Part shown: piece by piece, positions 59,301-60,456 of the stretch
How positions within the stretch are numbered: position 1 is the stretch's first letter
Layout of the letters: each line of letters opens with the position of its first letter
Assembly (NCBI GenBank): GCA_964571315.1
Contig: CAZNBR010000001.1
Span: 1-60,456, forward strand
Source of the DNA: an uncultured Syntrophaceae bacterium
GTDB taxonomy: Bacteria; Desulfobacterota; Syntrophia; Syntrophales; UBA2210
Direction of reading: 5' to 3'
DNA: 60,456 nucleotides
The notes under the pieces: generated by a model
Told to the model about the DNA's origin: nothing
What the model saw: the letters and a program-made list of their open reading frames with translations, nothing else
The model's database searches: none
Position numbers and translations under genes: made by a program

Positions 59301-59448
59301 GGACAGAAAAGGAAAAATTCTGTCCCTCGATGATGTCAAGCATTACTGCAAAGTGGCAACGGCCATCGAACACACGATTACGATTCAGAAAGACATTGAC
59401 GCAATATATAGTGAGGCGGAAAAGCAACTAATGGTGTTCGGCAAATAG
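56305..59448 (+). CDS. single-polypeptide restriction-modification enzyme (Type IIG/IIL, MmeI-like): N-terminal PD-ExK nuclease, gamma-class N6-adenine methyltransferase, and a C-terminal region resembling the end of Type ISP enzymes
   Basis: 1047 aa. PD...ExK is GNPDF-x12-YIEAK (D58/E73/K75, nt 56476-56529). Methyltransferase motif X region FYETFLAEYDPKTREKRGVYYTP, motif I-like VLDPASGTLTFL (nt 57385-57420) and motif IV GNPPY (NPPY at nt 57754-57765). The C-terminus YRIGGYQVCDKWLKDRKGKILSLDD is a signature I associate with the Type ISP C-terminal domain. I see no Walker A or DEAH helicase motifs. Confidence 0.8.
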   Translation: MLKSYLEKIFKIADQGDAREESYYSTLEVLLEEAALSFDKRNFHITTLPKTTEAGNPDFRIWDGRQHIVGYIEAKAPTIENLNAIEDTEQLQRYRNTFPNLILTNFFEFRLYRNGELVNRASIARPFIVHKLKTIPPVEKEPDFLKLLEEFYSFSLPKVYSAKNLAIELAKRTSFLKDEVIAEELAEEEKTGEGFIHGFYEAFRQFLISGLSKEEFADLYSQTITYGLFAARMRSKNGFNRKLAYDNIPQTIGILRDVFRFISLEDVPAQMEWIIDDIAEVLFVADVNKLLRDYFWEGKGKDPVVHFYETFLAEYDPKTREKRGVYYTPEPVVFYIVRSLHHILKDQFGRVDGMASDSVTVLDPASGTLTFLAEAAKLAVGEFTSKYGEGDKEGFIREHILKNFYAFELMMAPYAVGHLKMSFLLEELGCSLKKNDRFKLYLTNTLEMDELEQTSLPGMASLSEESHMAGKVKKEQPVLVILGNPPYSDHSANTGEWIDQLLKKGYVHKNGVKDDGYYRIDGKPLGEKNPKWLQDDYVKFIRFAQWKIDQAGEGILGFITNHSYLDNPTFRGMRRSLMNSFDEIYLLDLHGNSLKKEKCPDGSKDENVFDIRQGTAIALFIKKKDRNGENGKKVFHSELWGLRKDKYDWLADKDIAMTEWQEIVPKPEFYLFVPRDEKLLELYESSPKITDIFPVNSVGIVTARDRFVIDTDKETLKRRIGMFCDEKMPDELIGEPYQLRDKSNWNLKAAREKVRDDGDWEDSFARILYRPFDIQWIFYHDTLVERSRRNVMRHMMRENSALVTPKQNKGEFGSMATDVIGTHKTVAAYDINYYFPLYLYSDPDQKDLLSHLEESKERQPNISEKIFSALCAAYTTQPSPEDIFHYIYAVLYSETYRVKYAEFLKTDFPRVPFTKDERLFRELAVYGRRLADLHLMRSPELDTPIAKFQGSGDGRVEKIGYGKETNRVYINQDQYFEGLEEDVWQYRIGGYQVCDKWLKDRKGKILSLDDVKHYCKVATAIEHTITIQKDIDAIYSEAEKQLMVFGK

Positions 59449-59533
59449 AGACACGCCTTTCTTTATCTCCTAGCTGAAGCACCTCCCCCCGTCGACGGTA
59501 TAAATCATTCCCCCGTGAAATCTTCACGAACGG

Positions 59534-60456
59534 TCAACCTCTCTGAGCTTCTCTCTCATGAAAGCGGATAAATTTATCCAACGCGGAGGCGCACCCCTCG
59601 ATCGACGTGAAGGCCGGGATGCCCGCCCTCCAGCATAGATCCTGATTTTCGCAGGATAGTTCGTAGGATTCCTTCAGGGCCGCATAGTGAAGCAGCATGG
59701 CAACCGGTTTCCTGACCCCCTCGATATTGCTAATCATTTTTTCTACAATGGCGACGCCCCGCACCTGTTCAGGAGACAAAAAAGCAAAAATATCATAAGG
59801 GACATGGAGAAGGATGATATCGATGTCATCCCAGTCATCAAGGATCTCGATGGTCTTTCTGAACCCGTCGGCCTGATAAAAGAGCGCCGTCGTGTCGATG
59901 GGGTTTGTGTAGATATTCCCCGCCACGGGTTGCAGATCCTGGAGCCTGGATTGAATGGCCGGCGAAAGGCGGGTCAGGGAAAGATTCTTCTGCTCGAACG
60001 CATCGGCGGCGAGGACACTGATACCGCCGCCTATGCCAACCATGCCGATCCTCCGCCCCGCCGGCGGGTTCATGTACCCGAAGAGGAGCGCGAGATCGAT
60101 CATCTCGTCGAGGCTGTCGGCCTGGAGCGCCCCTGATTGAGTTATCACCGCGTCCCATATCCTGAGGGAACCCGCGAGGGATGCGGTGTGTGACCAGGTT
60201 ACCGCCGCCCCGGCCTCGGTTTGCCCCCCCTTCAGGATGATAGTGGGTTTCCTGTCGGCCGCCCGCGCAAGCGTCTCCCGGAACCGCCTGCCGTCTTTGA
60301 TGCCCTCGATATAGGCGCCGATAACCGTTGTCTCTTCATCGTCTGCAAGATATTCGATCAGATCTGATTCATTGATATCGCAGGCATTGCCGTAACTGAC
60401 GGCCTTGCTGATCGGCGCCCCCCGCCGCGGCGCCATCTTGCCGAGATAAATCGCGT
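59534..60456 (-). CDS. ADP-forming acyl/acetyl-CoA synthetase (CoA-binding and succinyl-CoA-ligase-like domains), 5' end outside the window
   Basis: The reading frame stays open upstream of the listed Met to the window edge (...AIYLGKMAPRRGAP...). It has the phospho-His loop SHTASLAG and YIEGIKDGRRF. Confidence 0.8.
   Translation of the reverse strand, partial: AIYLGKMAPRRGAPISKAVSYGNACDINESDLIEYLADDEETTVIGAYIEGIKDGRRFRETLARAADRKPTIILKGGQTEAGAAVTWSHTASLAGSLRIWDAVITQSGALQADSLDEMIDLALLFGYMNPPAGRRIGMVGIGGGISVLAADAFEQKNLSLTRLSPAIQSRLQDLQPVAGNIYTNPIDTTALFYQADGFRKTIEILDDWDDIDIILLHVPYDIFAFLSPEQVRGVAIVEKMISNIEGVRKPVAMLLHYAALKESYELSCENQDLCWRAGIPAFTSIEGCASALDKFIRFHEREAQRG

Overview
This 60.5-kb window looks like a chromosomal segment from an anaerobic, Gram-negative bacterium. 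The evidence for that is an RND-TolC efflux operon, LPS heptose and PlsC genes, a Tat/NrfD respiratory module and many Fe-S proteins. It also carries a butyryl-CoA beta-oxidation trio (thiolase, Hbd, acyl-CoA dehydrogenase), an AbfD-like dehydratase, AMP- and ADP-forming acyl-CoA synthetases and PpsA. That content fits a syntrophic or sulfur-metabolising Desulfobacterota-type organism, but the taxonomy is inference only.

I can support about 50 protein genes, one tRNA-Met(CAT) and the RNase P RNA (rnpB), plus several rho-independent terminators and near-consensus sigma70-type promoters. I found no rRNA, CRISPR array, intact IS element, prophage, integrase, retron or toxin-antitoxin pair.

Most of the window is housekeeping: priA, dksA, hldC, comF, rsfS, purA, serA, serC, radA, rnhA, rnpB, ppsA, uvrB and uvrC.

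I did not find clear evidence of a wholly new multi-gene system. The candidates worth a second look are:
1. A sharply low-GC single-gene insertion at 56.3-59.4 kb. It encodes a 1047-aa single-polypeptide restriction-modification enzyme (PD-ExK nuclease, gamma-class NPPY methyltransferase, Type-ISP-like C-terminal end). A B12-radical-SAM gene lies divergently upstream.
2. A supercluster at 0-9.6 kb. It joins a DUF4213/DUF364 'chelation' protein, a hybrid ABC importer with a TOBE-type ATPase, a secreted rhodanese, and a Psr/Phs/Srr-like molybdopterin oxidoreductase that carries an extra small Tat-lipoprotein gene.
3. A G13 homopolymer inside the LPS heptose gene hldC.
4. Several unexplained tandem repeats in intergenic regions.
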